Assembly: GCA_001643675.2 (NCBI GenBank)
Contig: LSRY02000012.1
Location: forward strand, 1,550,001 to 1,614,000
Source: Monocercomonoides exilis PA203
Taxonomy: Eukaryota > Protista > Preaxostyla
Length of the DNA stretch: 64,000 nucleotides
Reading direction: 5' to 3'
Positions 47,213 through 60,200 of this stretch are shown piece by piece (position 1 is the first letter of the stretch; every line of letters starts with the position of its first letter). Under the pieces are notes generated by a model. That model saw nothing but the letters and a program-made list of their open reading frames with translations. It had not been told where the DNA came from and did not search any database. A program made the translations under genes and the position numbers.

Positions 47213-50200
47213 TCACATCAACTCAATTTTGAGTGAAGGATGTATTTCAGCATATGACGTGAGCTGTGGGTCGTTGTTGTTGATGTTGGGGCAGTCGCTA
47301 AGAGACACATAAGACAGCTTCCAGCAGACGCGCATGAGTCTGATGAGAACAGGAGTGGAGAGCCAGCTGCAGTGGGAGACAGAGAGCGACTGGAGGGCAG
47401 GGCAGCAGAGAGAGACAAGGAACAGCGCATAGGGAGAGAGGGGCTCTTCGGCTGAGGACTCGAGCACAAGATGGACGATGAAGCGGCCAAATCCCATGCC
47501 ACGCAGTTGTGTTGCAGCGGAAGAAAAAGAAGAAGATGACGACGATGAAGGAAGAGAACTTATGTTGTCTGCTGCACTGGGAGAAGGAGACATCGAAGAA
47601 CGCTTCTTCTGCAGACGCTTCTTCGTCTCTTCGGCTGCTTTCTTCTTCCTCCTCTTTTCAATCTCATCTGGTTCCAAGTCATCTTCGTCTGTCTCATTCT
47701 CCTTCCCATCTCTGTTTTTGCCTCCTTCTTCTTCGTCTTCTTCGTCTTCTTCTTCGTCTTCGTCCTCATCGTCAATGCCCCCTGCCTCTTTGTAAGGGTC
47801 AAAGAGCCCTCTGCCAAAGCGGAATCCGCCAGAGGGTGTTTTCTCAGGCAGCCACAATTGAAATGCCTGGACGATGTCTTGTTCCAGCTGTGCGGTGCCT
47901 GGGGCGCAGAGAGAGGCATCGAGGAGGGAAGAGAGAGAAGGCGATGGTGAATGGCGGGGGGAGGATGAGGGCGATGCGGAAGGGGAGAGGGAAAGAAGAG
48001 AAGAGGACGAGGGTGAGGGAGAAGAAGAGGGAGACAGAGAGCGAGATTTGCTTTTGCTTCTGTCGTGGATGGAATGCAGAGCCTGTTTTCTCTGCTTTGT
48101 GAAGTTGTCGACAATTGGAGTGAGCTGTGTCTTCAGAAGATGAGTGAAAAGTGTCTCTGCAAATGCATTGACCCAACTGCTGGCACACAGCGAGTATGCA
48201 ATTGGCGATGCTTCTGATGATGTTTTATTTGATTGTCTGTTTATTTTATTGTCCTTGCTGATATTGCCAGCAATACGCTCAGCCACAACAGCAGAGTCCA
48301 ATGAAGATGACTCCACCAGATGCAGCAAGCGAACATACCACAGCCTGTCAGCAACAGCTGGAGACACACACGAATTGAGTGTCTGCAGCAGAAACAGAAG
48401 CTCGCTGATCTCAAATGACTCCAGGAAGATGCTGTCCTTCAGCCTCTGAATGACAACACTCGATGCATTCTCTTTCTCCTTTTCTGCCTCTTCTTTGCCT
48501 TCCTCGTCTTCAGAATCAGAAAGAGAGGCAGAGTAAAGATAAGTTGATAGAACATACAGCAAAAACGACGGGCACATCAGCTCATCTGCGCCGTCGATGA
48601 GTTCTTGAAATGTTGGAGGATGTCCAGCTGCTTCTCCACTCTCTCCTTCTCCTCCTTCTGCTGATGCTTTTGTGTCTGCCCCAAGAAACAGGATGGAATC
48701 AACACCTGCAAACGAGAATTGCACTTTGTGTTCTGCTGACTTCTTTCTAAGAGACGTTAAATACTTCAGCTCAGCGATCGAATCATCAGATAGACTGCCA
48801 TATTCATTTTCTGTCTGCGAATCAGCTTTTTGTGCACCTTCGCTTTTCTCGCTGCTCTGCCTCTCTTTGAATGCATTCACAAAGTCGAGGATCTTCTCCA
48901 CAACTGCACGTGTTGCATTGATTGTGACTGCTTCGTCATCAACATCACTTTCATTTCTGCTTTCTGATGAATCTCCTCTCTTCTTGTTCTTCCTCTTGTT
49001 CTTCTTTCTCTGGGCATCCAGATTGGCTGATGCTGAGATAAGAAGCTGCACATCTGATGACAGACTCATCGGAACGGTGAATAAATAGCCATCGCTCGTT
49101 GCCAGCTGCATGTGATCCTTTGCCATTCTGTCTCCATTGGCATCTTGATTCATTCCTAAGAAGCTTTCTTCACCTTCTTCCTCTCCTTCCTCATCTCCTT
49201 CATAATCGTGTTCTTCTTCCGAATCGTCATCCTTCGATGAATATGAATACGATCTCAAGTTCGATCGCTGAGTCGATTCATATTTGCCATCAGCACTTGG
49301 CGATGTTGCATTCAGAACTGTTGGAATTGGCTCTCCTCTCTCAATCATCTCCTTCTTCAGCTGCTTCCTTCTTTCTTCTTCCTGTGCCATTGCTTTCTCT
49401 TGCTCTCTCTTTTCCTTCTTTGCTGCCAACAGCACATCCAATGCAGAGGATGAGTACAATGCTTTCTCTCCGCTTTCTCCTCCATCTCTTTCGCTTCTCT
49501 TTCCTTCTCCTCTTCCTCTCCTTTGTGGACTCACAGGCGACCCAATAGCTCCTCCTCTTCCGCCTGCTGGTGACTCTGCGCCTTCCACATCGCCAGGCAC
49601 AATCCGTGCAGGTGTCTGGATGATTCCCAGATCGCGTGCACCTGCACGGTGTCTGTGGCGTGAGAACATGTGCTTTGCCTGAGGCAGCACATCAGCTGCA
49701 TCTGAAGAAGATTTCACTTGTGAGGGAGAAGAGGTGTTGTCGAATGAATATGAAGAAGAAGGAGGTGATGGTGTGCGTGAATGTGACTGTGAAAGAGAGC
49801 GAGAGGGTGAGAGAGAAGACGAAGGAGAGCCGCTGGGCGAAGCAGAAGGAGCAGCTGCTGAGGAGCCGAGTGTTTTTGGTGACTGAGAACGGAACATAAC
49901 AGGCGATGATGTCAGCGGCAGGTCATTCGGATTGCTCTTCCGCTTGGCGCCTTCTGCTGCTGCGCGAGTGAGTTTCCGTTCTCTCAGCTTCTGATCGATT
50001 TCTCTTTGCTTTCTTTCTTGCTCTGTTTCTTCTCTGGCTGCCTCATTCTCCTTCTTCAGCCCTTTCTTTCCTCCTTTTGTTGTCTGCATCTGCTGTGAAG
50101 CAACAGACGAAGAAGTAGAATTCATCTGATTTCTGTTGGCAGCTGAACGGGAGGTGCCATCAGTTACGGGGGTGCTGACCTTTGGCATCAGCGACATCAG

Positions 50201-52982
50201 ACGAGAAGGAGTGGATATTCTTGACTTCGGTGTGGCTGATGGAGACATTGCTGTGCTGTTTGGCCTGTTTTGAGGAGAGATGGAGGAGCGAGTGGATCTC
50301 AGGGGAGATGGATGGGTGGCTGAGCGAGAAGTGGAAGAGAGTGCAGAAGAAGGAGAAGAAGGTGAAGGAGAGGAAGGATTGGCAGATTGGGCGATGTTGC
50401 GGGTGAGTGTGGGAGTGGGCAGCATCGACTGCAGACGAGACGGTGTCAGCATGCGGCTGCGTCTGCCATCGCGTGGAGAAAGAGCAGTGGAAGAAGGGCG
50501 GAATGGAGAAGAGGTATTTCCAGTGGATGGTTTGGGAGCTGTTGAAGAGAGATAGCTGGAAGATGAACTAGAACTGTCCAATGGAGAAGACGCAGCATCA
50601 GACGGAGAGAGAGAAGAAGCGGTTGAGTTGAAGAGGAGATCAGAATTGGCAGGCGATGCGTCCATTGGAGAGAGGATGCCTTCTGAGTCGCCTGCAATCT
50701 TCGTCTTGGTCACCATATCCTTTCGTGCTGCCCTGACAGTCACATCTGCTGAGGCAATTGTGTTGGACAGCTCGTTCAGCTCAGAAATGTCAGAGAGAAG
50801 AGAGTAAGTGAATGTCAGTGCAGACAGAAGAGACGTCTGCTCATCTTGAAGCACACGAATGAATGGAGAGAAAGGAGAAGACGGCTGATAAACAAGTGAG
50901 AGATCAGACGAGCCAACTGGCTGCTGAGATGAAGCGTTGGCCTTTGTGTTTTCTTTGTCTTTCCCTTCAGCTTCTGCCTCTCCCCCGTTCTCTTCCTCCT
51001 CTTCTGGCAATCCCATCCTCCTTCTCTCTTCCCTCTTCTTCTCTTTCTCTTCTTTCTCCTTCATCCTTTCCTCGTGCCTCCTCCTCTTCTCTTCTGTGTC
51101 TGCATCCACAATCCCATCTGCCTCATTCAACAACTTCGCCAGAAACAGCTTGTCCTTCGAAATCGGCGCATGAGGCAGGAATTCTGGCGCATTGATCCTT
51201 CTCATCCGATAGAAATGTCTCTTCCGCCTCGCTTCTGCTGTGAATCCTCGCTCTTCCTGCTGCTCCTTCTTCTCCTGCTTGTGAAGTGCTTTCAGTTGCG
51301 CTTTCTGCTCAAGTTTTGCTTCACGTCGCCTCATTTTGGCCTCCTCATTCAATCTGATGTCTTCTTCATCTCCAAATTCATTGACTCCTTCATCGTCTTC
51401 TTCTTCCTCTTCTTCCTCTTCCTCCTCCTCTTCTTCTTCTTCTTCGTCTTCACTCAATCCAATTCCATCAATTTCTCTCTCTTCGGGTGTTGGTGAAAAG
51501 CACACACGAGACACAACACACGCCTCAGCCGAAGTTTTTGACCAATGCAAAGCAGAAGCTTCTGAACCAGCTGCAGCTGATCCATTTCTCATCTCTTCAT
51601 CTCCTTCTTCCCCTGCTCCAATCAGCAGCTCTTCTTCATCTCGCATCGCTTCTGTGTAATTCAACAGCGAATCAGTCTCGTTCCCTTCAGAACCTGTTCT
51701 TGCTCTGTCTTGTGAGCTGCCCTGCCGCGTCATCGCCTCCAGCAGCATCTTCTTCTTCTTCATGCTTTCGTCTCTCTTCTGCTTCGCTCTCTGCTCTCTT
51801 TCCTTTCTCCGTGCCTCTTTCGCTTCCCTCTTCAGCCGCCTCTTCTTCTCCATCACGGATTCTCCTCTGTCTCCATCGTCTGCCAGTGCAAGTGCCGAGT
51901 CCACAACATCGTCCAACAAGTCAGCACACATCAGCCGCGTGGCTTCAGTCGTCTCTTTCGGCTTCTCCTTCTCAATTGGAGTGGCTGACGGATCTGCTGA
52001 TGAGGCCTCTTGTTTCTCTGAGGCTGATGACTCTTCTTCAGAATTGTTATTTTTCCCTGATAAATCGTTGCTTCCTTGATTTGTTGATGAATTTGCTATT
52101 GCTTCTGATGCTTCAGCAGCAGCATCTTCAGCATCATAAAAATCCTTAGCAAAGAATAAAAGCTGCGCAGATCCAGGTGGAGGGGGTTTGGTCGGCACAG
52201 ATTCTTCCTCTGCATCTTCTGCTTTGTTGTTTTCCTGTTCATCGCTTTCATCTCTCAAAACTTCTACCGTCTCATCCTCAATTTCTTCTTTTCTTCCATC
52301 ATCTTCATTTTCTTGCATAGCCTGTTCTTCATAAACATATAATTTAGGTTCATTCTCTTGCTCTAATTCAAGTTCTTGATCTGAATTTTGTCGTTCCATA
52401 TCATTTGTCTGCAAAGAATTTATTTCTGATCCAACTTCAGAATGTCGAAGATTTTGTTCATCCTCCATTAGCAAAGAAGAATCAGTTTCTGGCTCAATTT
52501 CAGGATGTTGTGGAGGCTTATGAACTTCGACACTCGATAAAAATGAACTTGGACGAGATTCTTCCTCCTCTTCCTCCTCTTCCTCTTCCTCTTGAATTTC
52601 TTCGGCTCCTGGAAATAATTTCATCAAGACATGTGAACAAATATTAAAAGTCATAAAAATAAATCGAATGTCTTTTAATATACAAACCAAGAATGCTTTT
52701 ATGTGCAAATAAAAAGGTCGCTCCTTTCATGATATTCATTGAAGCAAAAGAATCGTTTGGATTAACTTTCTCTCCCATCAATGGTCCGCATGATTTTGAT
52801 TGATACAGCATTGTATACTGCTTCTGAAGCGTTGTTGGAACAATTTTGAATTTCGTTCCAACTATTGTCAAAAATTCCATATCAAGAAATGGCTTGTGTG
52901 GATTTGGAACGGGAATTGATTCTGGCGAATGAATCTTGCCATCTGGCTGAGCTAATTTCACTTTAATCCAGATGTGAGACAT
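47213..52982 (-). CDS. Large protein with N-terminal ubiquitin-like domain, low-complexity core, Skp1/Elongin-C-like BTB segment and C-terminal cysteine-containing LRRs; exons 52982-52688 and 52608-47213
   Basis: A 79-nt intron GTTTGT...TTCCAG (52687-52609) joins ORF 52644..52997 to ORF 47213..52708 in phase 1. Motifs MQLATSDGYLFTV, ATRAVVEKILDF, FQELIDGADEL; LRRs CPALQSLSVSHCSWL and CWKLSYVSLSDCPNI. Confidence 0.72.
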
Positions 52983-53175
52983 CAAGCTATGTTTCAAAGA
53001 ACACGATCAAAAAACTAATCTTGATCTTATTTGATCAATATATGAATTTCGAAAATTATATATTTCTAAAAGAAAATCATTAAGACAATGATCTTTTCAC
53101 GATTTAGAACTGCGAAATGAATAATAAAACAAATAAACAAACGATACAAAAACAAATAACCATAAAATTATATTG

Positions 53176-54645
53176 ATGGCAAAAATGAATTTTGTGAATG
53201 ATGTGAAAAAATTTTCAATTAAATATTCAAAGGCATTTTATCATAAAATCAAGGATGTTTTCGAAATGATATTACCTTATTTTTCTTTATGTTCCGGCTT
53301 ATTTCTTGGAAGCTTATCTGCGAACAATATTGTGAATTGTTCGGCATTTAAACGTAATAGCTTGATGTTGAATTCCGGAATTTTGTATGCGCAAATCACA
53401 TGTTTTTGAATTTTCATATCCTTTATTTTTCTCAGTGTTTTATGCTGCATACATGTCCTTTTAACATTTCTAACTTTGTTTAATAAAGTGGTTTTATCGC
53501 ATGATTTGTGTCTTACCCGAACGGCAATTTTCTTATTTGGAGCAGTTCTTTCAAGTGCTTCATCGATATATTTTTATCACTCGAAATTTATGTTATGGAT
53601 TTTATTATCACTTTTAAACGGAGCAGTGCTATTACTAAATGACTTGTTTAATTATGATGCATATCAGAGGAAAATTAAAAAGACTAGATGTCATATTACC
53701 GTTGCTTTGCCAACTTCAAAACCATCTGCACCCAATACTTCTTCTTCTTCCTCCTCCTCTTCATATTCTTCATCCTCAAACGAAAACCGAACAAGCAATG
53801 AGTTGGTTTCATTAGACACAAAACTCAAATCTCAAGACCCTATACATCAACTTCTTTCATTAAAAGAAGATTATTTGCAATTTGAAAAAGAATACATTCT
53901 TATGAAGCTTAATTCTATTGGACTTGAATGCCCAAAATGCCATTCTATTCCGGAAAATGCTCTGAACGAAGCAAAGGAACATTTGAGAGCAAAGCATTGG
54001 CCAGATTTGATCAAAATGGAAATGGGAAAACTGCAGAGTACGTTGGGCACTGGGCAAATATTTGAAGATTACTTTGAACAGCTTTCTGCAGACATTTCAT
54101 TTATCTGCGAATGCACAAATCCTGATTGCAAACACACCTATTGTCGCTTCTGCAGCAAACCCGCTCGCAAACCACGTTCAATTCTAACCCTCACACTTCA
54201 TCCCAAAAGCTCTTCGTCATCTGAGCAGTCTTCTGCCTCAGTCTCGGAAATTAATGCAATTGATCCAAGATGCACTCACAACGCGCCTATCTGTGAAGGC
54301 ACAAAAAGATGGGCGCAGATGCAGATGATGAAGGAGATGCAGGCAAAAATTGCAGACTGGCATTCGAAGATTAAGTGCCCCAAATGCAAGCAGCACCCGA
54401 ACATCACCAACAGCACGCCAAACAGAATTATATGCACAAATTGCTCTGTGAGCTATTGTCTTGAGTGCGGAAAGAAGTGCGAAGGGGCAAATCCATATCT
54501 CCACTTTACCAGAGGTGATTGCTCGCTGTTTATGAAGAGATGCAAGGGAGGTGGCAGAATAATGAAGAAATATGAGAAGATAGTCGAAGAAGAGTGGAAA
54601 AACAAGCATCAAGGATTTAAAGAAGTTGAAATGGATTGGGAATAA
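53176..54645 (+). CDS. Multi-pass membrane protein with IBR and RING2(Rcat)-like zinc fingers (RNF14-like C-terminus); exons 53176(or 53266)-53384 and 53436-54645
   Basis: A 51-nt intron GTATGC...CTCAG (53385-53435) joins in phase 2. About 4 hydrophobic segments, then ECPKC...CTNPDCKHTYCRFC...H...C and KCPKC...NRIICTNCSVSYCLECG...NPYLHF...CSLF. Confidence 0.78.
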
Positions 54646-55302
54646 TGATTTGCATTTTTCTATGAATGCTATCGAATTATTCCTTCACTCTTTTGTAATC
54701 TATTTGTTCTTTATTCAACTGTTATGTCCAAATGGCTCTGAATGATTTTCATTTTGATATGTAAACGATTCAAAGGTTGCATAAATTTTATTGCTATTCA
54801 CTTTTTTTTTCTTTAATTCATTGTGGAATTTTTTCTTTATTGGTTTGTTTTTGAAGTTAAATATTTAATTTCTCAGAGAGTGCTGCTTCTCATAAAGCTT
54901 TTTTCGTTCTCCTTCTTTTAATATATCTGTGATGTACTTCTTTAAAAGCTTGTTTTTTCGCTGATTTTGACAAACTTTTATCTGCACATGGGATTTTTGT
55001 TATGAAATTTTGAGTTAATCTTTTTTGTTTTTTAAATTTCAGCAATGTTTGAATCTATGATTGGTGGAGCTTATCATTATCGTGCTTGTAATGTTCTTTA
55101 TGTACATACATTTCGCGTAAGTTTTGCGTTGTGACATTTTTGTTTACCGTTCCATTCAAATAATTCATTTTTTTTACGAATTTTTAAATGAAGGATACTT
55201 TCGTTCCGACCAGTCAAACAAAAAAGAAGGCGGTGTATCAACAAAAAAACGCTTGTATGTGCTTTAAGTCTTTATTATTTTTGTTAAGTTTGCGAAATGT
55301 AT

Positions 55303-56028
55303 TTAAAAGCCAGTTGACCCAAATCCTTTTTCTCCCCTTTCAGTTGTTGCTGAACCAGAAATCGGAGAAGTGGTGAACTGAATTTTTTGAAATAAAAAAG
55401 GATAATTATTTTCAATTAAAATAAATTGAATAACCTCAACAACATCGGCACTTATGAACGGAGTGCAGATAAGCTGTGCAATCTTTGCTCCTTTTTTCAC
55501 TTGATAGTCGTGATCCGTGTGATTGTACAAAATCACAATAATTGGTCCTCTTTGTATGTTGAATGATTAATGATAAATAAAATAGAAACGCGAATTTAAA
55601 ACAATATCCTTTCGCAAAGGTCAAACCTGTAATCTGGATCAATCACACCAGCGCCAACTTCAATTCCCTCTTTCAGAGAAAGTCCAGATCGAGATGCTGA
55701 TATTTCGTAACATTAAAAAGAAGACAAAAAAATCATCAAATATGTTCAAGAGTGGTTATCATCATACCAACTCTTCCATAGCAACCATCCGGCAATATCA
55801 TCGTCAATCCAGTTTGAATAGCGCATCTCCCTCTTGCTGGAATCACATTTTCTTCATTGCTGTTATAATTTATTTTAAAAATATTTGTAATAAACTTGTA
55901 TATTTTAAATAATATATGTTTCACCTGAAAAGATCGAGTCCTGCTGCCTGCAAAGAGCCTCTAACCGGTAGAATTGCGTCAGGAGACAGTTTTTTGAATT
56001 GTACAATTGGCCTTTTTATTTCTGCCAT
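55303..56028 (-). CDS. DUT: Trimeric dUTP diphosphatase (dUTPase); exons 56028-55925, 55859-55768, 55696-55627, 55549-55435, 55377-55303
   Basis: Spliced product has all five motifs: AGLDL, ASRSG, GVIDPDYRG, KIAQL, RGEKGFGSTG. All four introns are GT-AG and in phase. Confidence 0.96.
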
Positions 56029-56096
56029 TGATAATCAAAAGATTAATAATAAAAATGAAAATTAAAAATTTTTGAAACCATAACATAATACTTTAA
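56029..56096. promoter_or_regulatory. Putative bidirectional promoter between dUTPase and SNARE
   Basis: Divergent ATGs at 56028 (-) and 56097 (+) are separated by only 68 AT-rich bases. Confidence 0.55.
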
Positions 56097-57105
56097 ATGA
56101 CGAAAATAAAAACTTCTGCTGATTGGCATGCTGTTCTTCAGAACGCAGAGAAATCACTTCAAATTACATCCAGACAAATAAATGAACGTCTTGCAGCATT
56201 AAACGCAGGAACTGCTCCACAAGCTTACTCGAAGCAGCATCAGCAAACTCGAAGAGCCATTGATCAAATAACAGCCACAGCTGACATTTTAGAATCATCT
56301 ATTTCTAATTTATTAAATAAGAAGAAGGTAAGTCAATATGATGCACAACTGATGCATGAAAAATTCAATGGATTTCGACAACGATTGTCGACTGCAACTT
56401 CCAAAGTAAATATGTCATTTTCTGGTCCAATAGGAGAGAGGTTTGATTTTTCTCAATGTTTAATAACTAAAAAATCTATCTATAGAACAAAGCTTGTTGA
56501 TCAAGGGGTTCGGATTGTCCCTCTTGGTGAAACCGAAGAAACACGACTTCTAACAGACGATGAACTTGCCCAAATAAATGAACAACAAATAGAAGGTTTT
56601 CTGCTTTGATTTTATGTTTTTTTCGTAATTTTTTAATCGTGCATTTAGCTCAAGATGAAGTTTTGGACGAACTTCATGCACAATTATCAATGGAACATAT
56701 GAAGGCAATTGAAATTGGAACAGAATTGAGTTTGATAATCATTTGAAAATGCATTTTCAATATATTTGAATTATTCTTTCTTTCTTTCTTTCTTTCTTCA
56801 TTTTGCTTTAATTTTTAGCAAGCCAAGATGAAATTCTTGAAAGAGTGAAAGATAAAGTTGACAATGCAGAAAGTAGAACTATTGATGCTGTTTGATTTAC
56901 TTGTTTCTTTATTCTTTTTTTCGGTTTATAACTTCGTTTGGTTTATTAATTGATGCTAATTTTCTTATCACATTGACAGACTAAAAAAGCAGAAAAACTC
57001 CGAAAAAAATCAGGATTTATGAAATATTATCTCACGATTCTTGTCTTAGTGGCAATCTTATTTATGCAGATTACAAGCAATAACTTTGGCCTCGGATATG
57101 GATGA
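56097..57105 (+). CDS. Qc-type SNARE (syntaxin-6/8, Syp5/6-like); exons 56097-56440, 56486-56595, 56649-56729, 56819-56889, 56980-57105
   Basis: N-terminal three-helix region, ETEETRLL linker, SNARE heptads QQIEAQDEVLDEL...IGTELTSQDEILERVKDKVD (zero-layer Q), C-terminal TM YYLTILVLVAILFM. All junctions GT-AG and in phase. Confidence 0.88.
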
Positions 57106-57262
57106 TTATCCAAGAAGATATAAAATTTCTCTTAATCTTTGACTTTTCAAAAGCTTTTTAAATGTTCATTATTCCACTTCATGAATCTTCATCTTTCTGT
57201 TATGAACTTTTTCGTTGTCATAAAATCAAGATTATCAAAATTGATTTTATTTCCAAAAATTC

Positions 57263-60200
57263 TCAAGCAGTTTGTATTCGTTTGAGTGAATCTTCAATTG
57301 ACGATCTCAGCTGAAGGAATGGAGAAGAAAGATATTTACGAAGAAATAAGCAGCGAATTACAAAAGGAGAAAGTGATTCATCAAAAGGAATATGAAATAT
57401 GAATGAAATAATATCAGAATAAATAAATCATACCACAGAAAAATCAACGTTTTTGTATCTTCCCCATAGCCCAACCCATTGTGGATGTCTGGAAAATACG
57501 ATTGAGGATATTTTTTGACACAAGGTTATGTATTCCACCATTGCCCCACAGTTCTCTTGTGATGAAGGTTGATTCATAATTTCAGTTATTCGAACTATTG
57601 CATTGAACGATTGTCTATTGCTTTTAATTTGTTGAATCTTTTGTTGATATGAAGATTCTGAAGATGATTGATTCACAATCTGATCGCAAAATTCCTTAAT
57701 TGTTTTCCATTCCTTTCCAATTTGCCATCTGAATGGTGAATTGACGCTTTGTGTGGGGATGTATGGATAAGAATGGCGGAAGGAGGATAGAAGAGCAGGT
57801 GGGTCATGCTGCGAGAAAGTGCTTGCTCCAAAATTTGATAGTTTATGTACTGAATATTGCTGCACCCCACCTGAAGGTGGGCTTGTTGAGCCCATTGATG
57901 TTGTTATTGGAAGAGGATGCACGCCAACAAAGATCTTCGCAAGAATAACAGAAATGAAAGGAATGGTGATTGGAGATATGAGTAAAGTTGTTGAAATGGC
58001 TGCTGATTGAAAAGAAGAAAATGAAGATTCCAATGCAGCCACACTCATCTTCACATCTGAGTGAAGAAGAGGAAGAGATCGTGGATTGGAAATAACAATA
58101 GAGAAGAGTATGTTGACTGACTGTTCTTTCTTTTGTTTGTTGCTCATTTGTGATTCGGAATTCAACATTTGCAAAGATGTTGCTGGTTCAACTTTATCTT
58201 CAATGCGTCGAGATGTAGTTTGAATATCATCAAGTTTTAAGAACGCTGGCAGTTTAGATAGAATATCTTTGAAAGGATCTTCGATATCAGTAAAGTGAGA
58301 GAAATACTTTGCAACTACGAACTTTAAAAATTGTGTAGTTATCGGATTTTCAATGTTCATTTCATTTGAGCCACATTCAAATGTTGAGTAATGAACAATC
58401 TCCTTTAACAGCTTGTGTAGCTCATCAACACGCTGTGTTGTGATGCGATCAAAACGATTTAAAGCATTTTGCAGCAATAAAACAATCTCATCATATAAGC
58501 CCCGAGGTGTTGTTAACTTCTTCCTGCTTCTGTCCATCAACAACGAAATTAGCTCTCCTTTTTGATATAATTGCATCAACTCATTCTGTTTTTTCGTAGA
58601 TGAAGAATTCAAACTAATTATCTTCTGATTTTGTGTTTCTTTTGAAATATCTCTGAGGATTAACGGTTCTTCAGATGATGAATTAATTGAGTTGTCATCC
58701 TTTGAAATTGAATCGTCAATGATATTCGATTCTGCATCAAGCAATTCAGGGCAAACAACACCGGCTCTTAAAGGCAATATGCGTATGCAATACCTATCGC
58801 ACTCGCTTTCCCAGTCCACCTTCACCTCACCAACTCTTTCCAAAGATGAAAGCTGTCTAACAACTTCTTCTCCCGTAACTCCACACCGCAATGCCACTTC
58901 AACCACATCCACATAGAAAAGCCCTTCATCACTTCCGCTTCCGGTAACAGAAGTGAAACGCTCGTGTGTCCTTGGCTGTGTGTCAATGATAATTTTGACA
59001 AGAGCATATTTTGTGCAAAGAACAGATGGAGCAGTCCTGACAAAGCATACGCGGCATCGAATAGGAATAAGTGAAAGGGGCACAATAATTGGTGGAGCTG
59101 ATGGGAAGCAATGAGGCTCAGGTTGCAAATAGTTTTGAATTTGTGCATTTGACGATTGAGATGAAGAAGATGTGGAATGGATTGACAGATGCATGGCCGT
59201 TGGTTGAGATTCACTTGATGGGTCTTGTGTTAAAATAATCCAAGATGGAGGAATGCTAATTGAATCTGGATGTTGAAGAAGAAATAGAATGAACTCGATC
59301 ATTTCCTTTCTGATGAATAGATCGGTTGCCAGATTTGCTTGAGAAACTGAAACATCTGCTTCCGTCACAGGTTCAGCTGCTTCTCCACCAACAAAAGCAC
59401 ACCAAGAAATTTCTTGTGTTTCCATTGATAGCTGAATTGCATTCGAATCTGTTGCAGAGTTATTGCCTTCTTGTGAAAGTTCCGCGTGTTGACGAATAAA
59501 GCGAATTTGCTGCCTTCTGCGCTCTGCGTCAAACAGACACGCCATCAGAGCTGAGATTTGAGCAGTGGTGAGTACATTGGACAAATGAAGATTGCGCAAA
59601 GGAAGATAATCTTTCCCATCAAACAGAAAATGAACATTCAGCTTCTTTTTTTGTTTGGATACAGTAGATACAATTGATTTCGTTTCATTTTCGTCTATTA
59701 TCATTTCTTGTTCGCCTTTTTCATTGTTCGTATCGTCTTTTTGGAAAGAAATATCCTTCTCACTTTCAAGTTTTTCAGCTTTTTCAGCACACATTTCATA
59801 AAATTCTTTAGAACAAGGCCATTCAACTTGCTCTCCAGCTGTGTTAATATCGTCAGTCACTCTTTCGATTGATTTAGGCATCCCAAAAAACACTATCTCA
59901 TCTATCAAAGCTGCTTCTGCACGACTCAACGCTGAAACTGACGTGCATACAACAGCTCTGTATTTAGGCTGATATTTCGCTTTGTCATTTGCCGCTTGTT
60001 TTTGTAAAAGTTCGCTCATCATCAGCTGCTTAATCTCTCGTTTTTGCTCAAGAGGCTTTCCTGAATGCATTGAATACGCTGATATTGTTGTGACAGCATG
60101 CGCAATAGAAGAGGTGCGAGAAGAAGAATATGAAATATCAACGGTGCCTTCTTCGGTGTTGTGAGCTGACGAACTTGCTGGGCGTGCGACTGTTGAAGAT

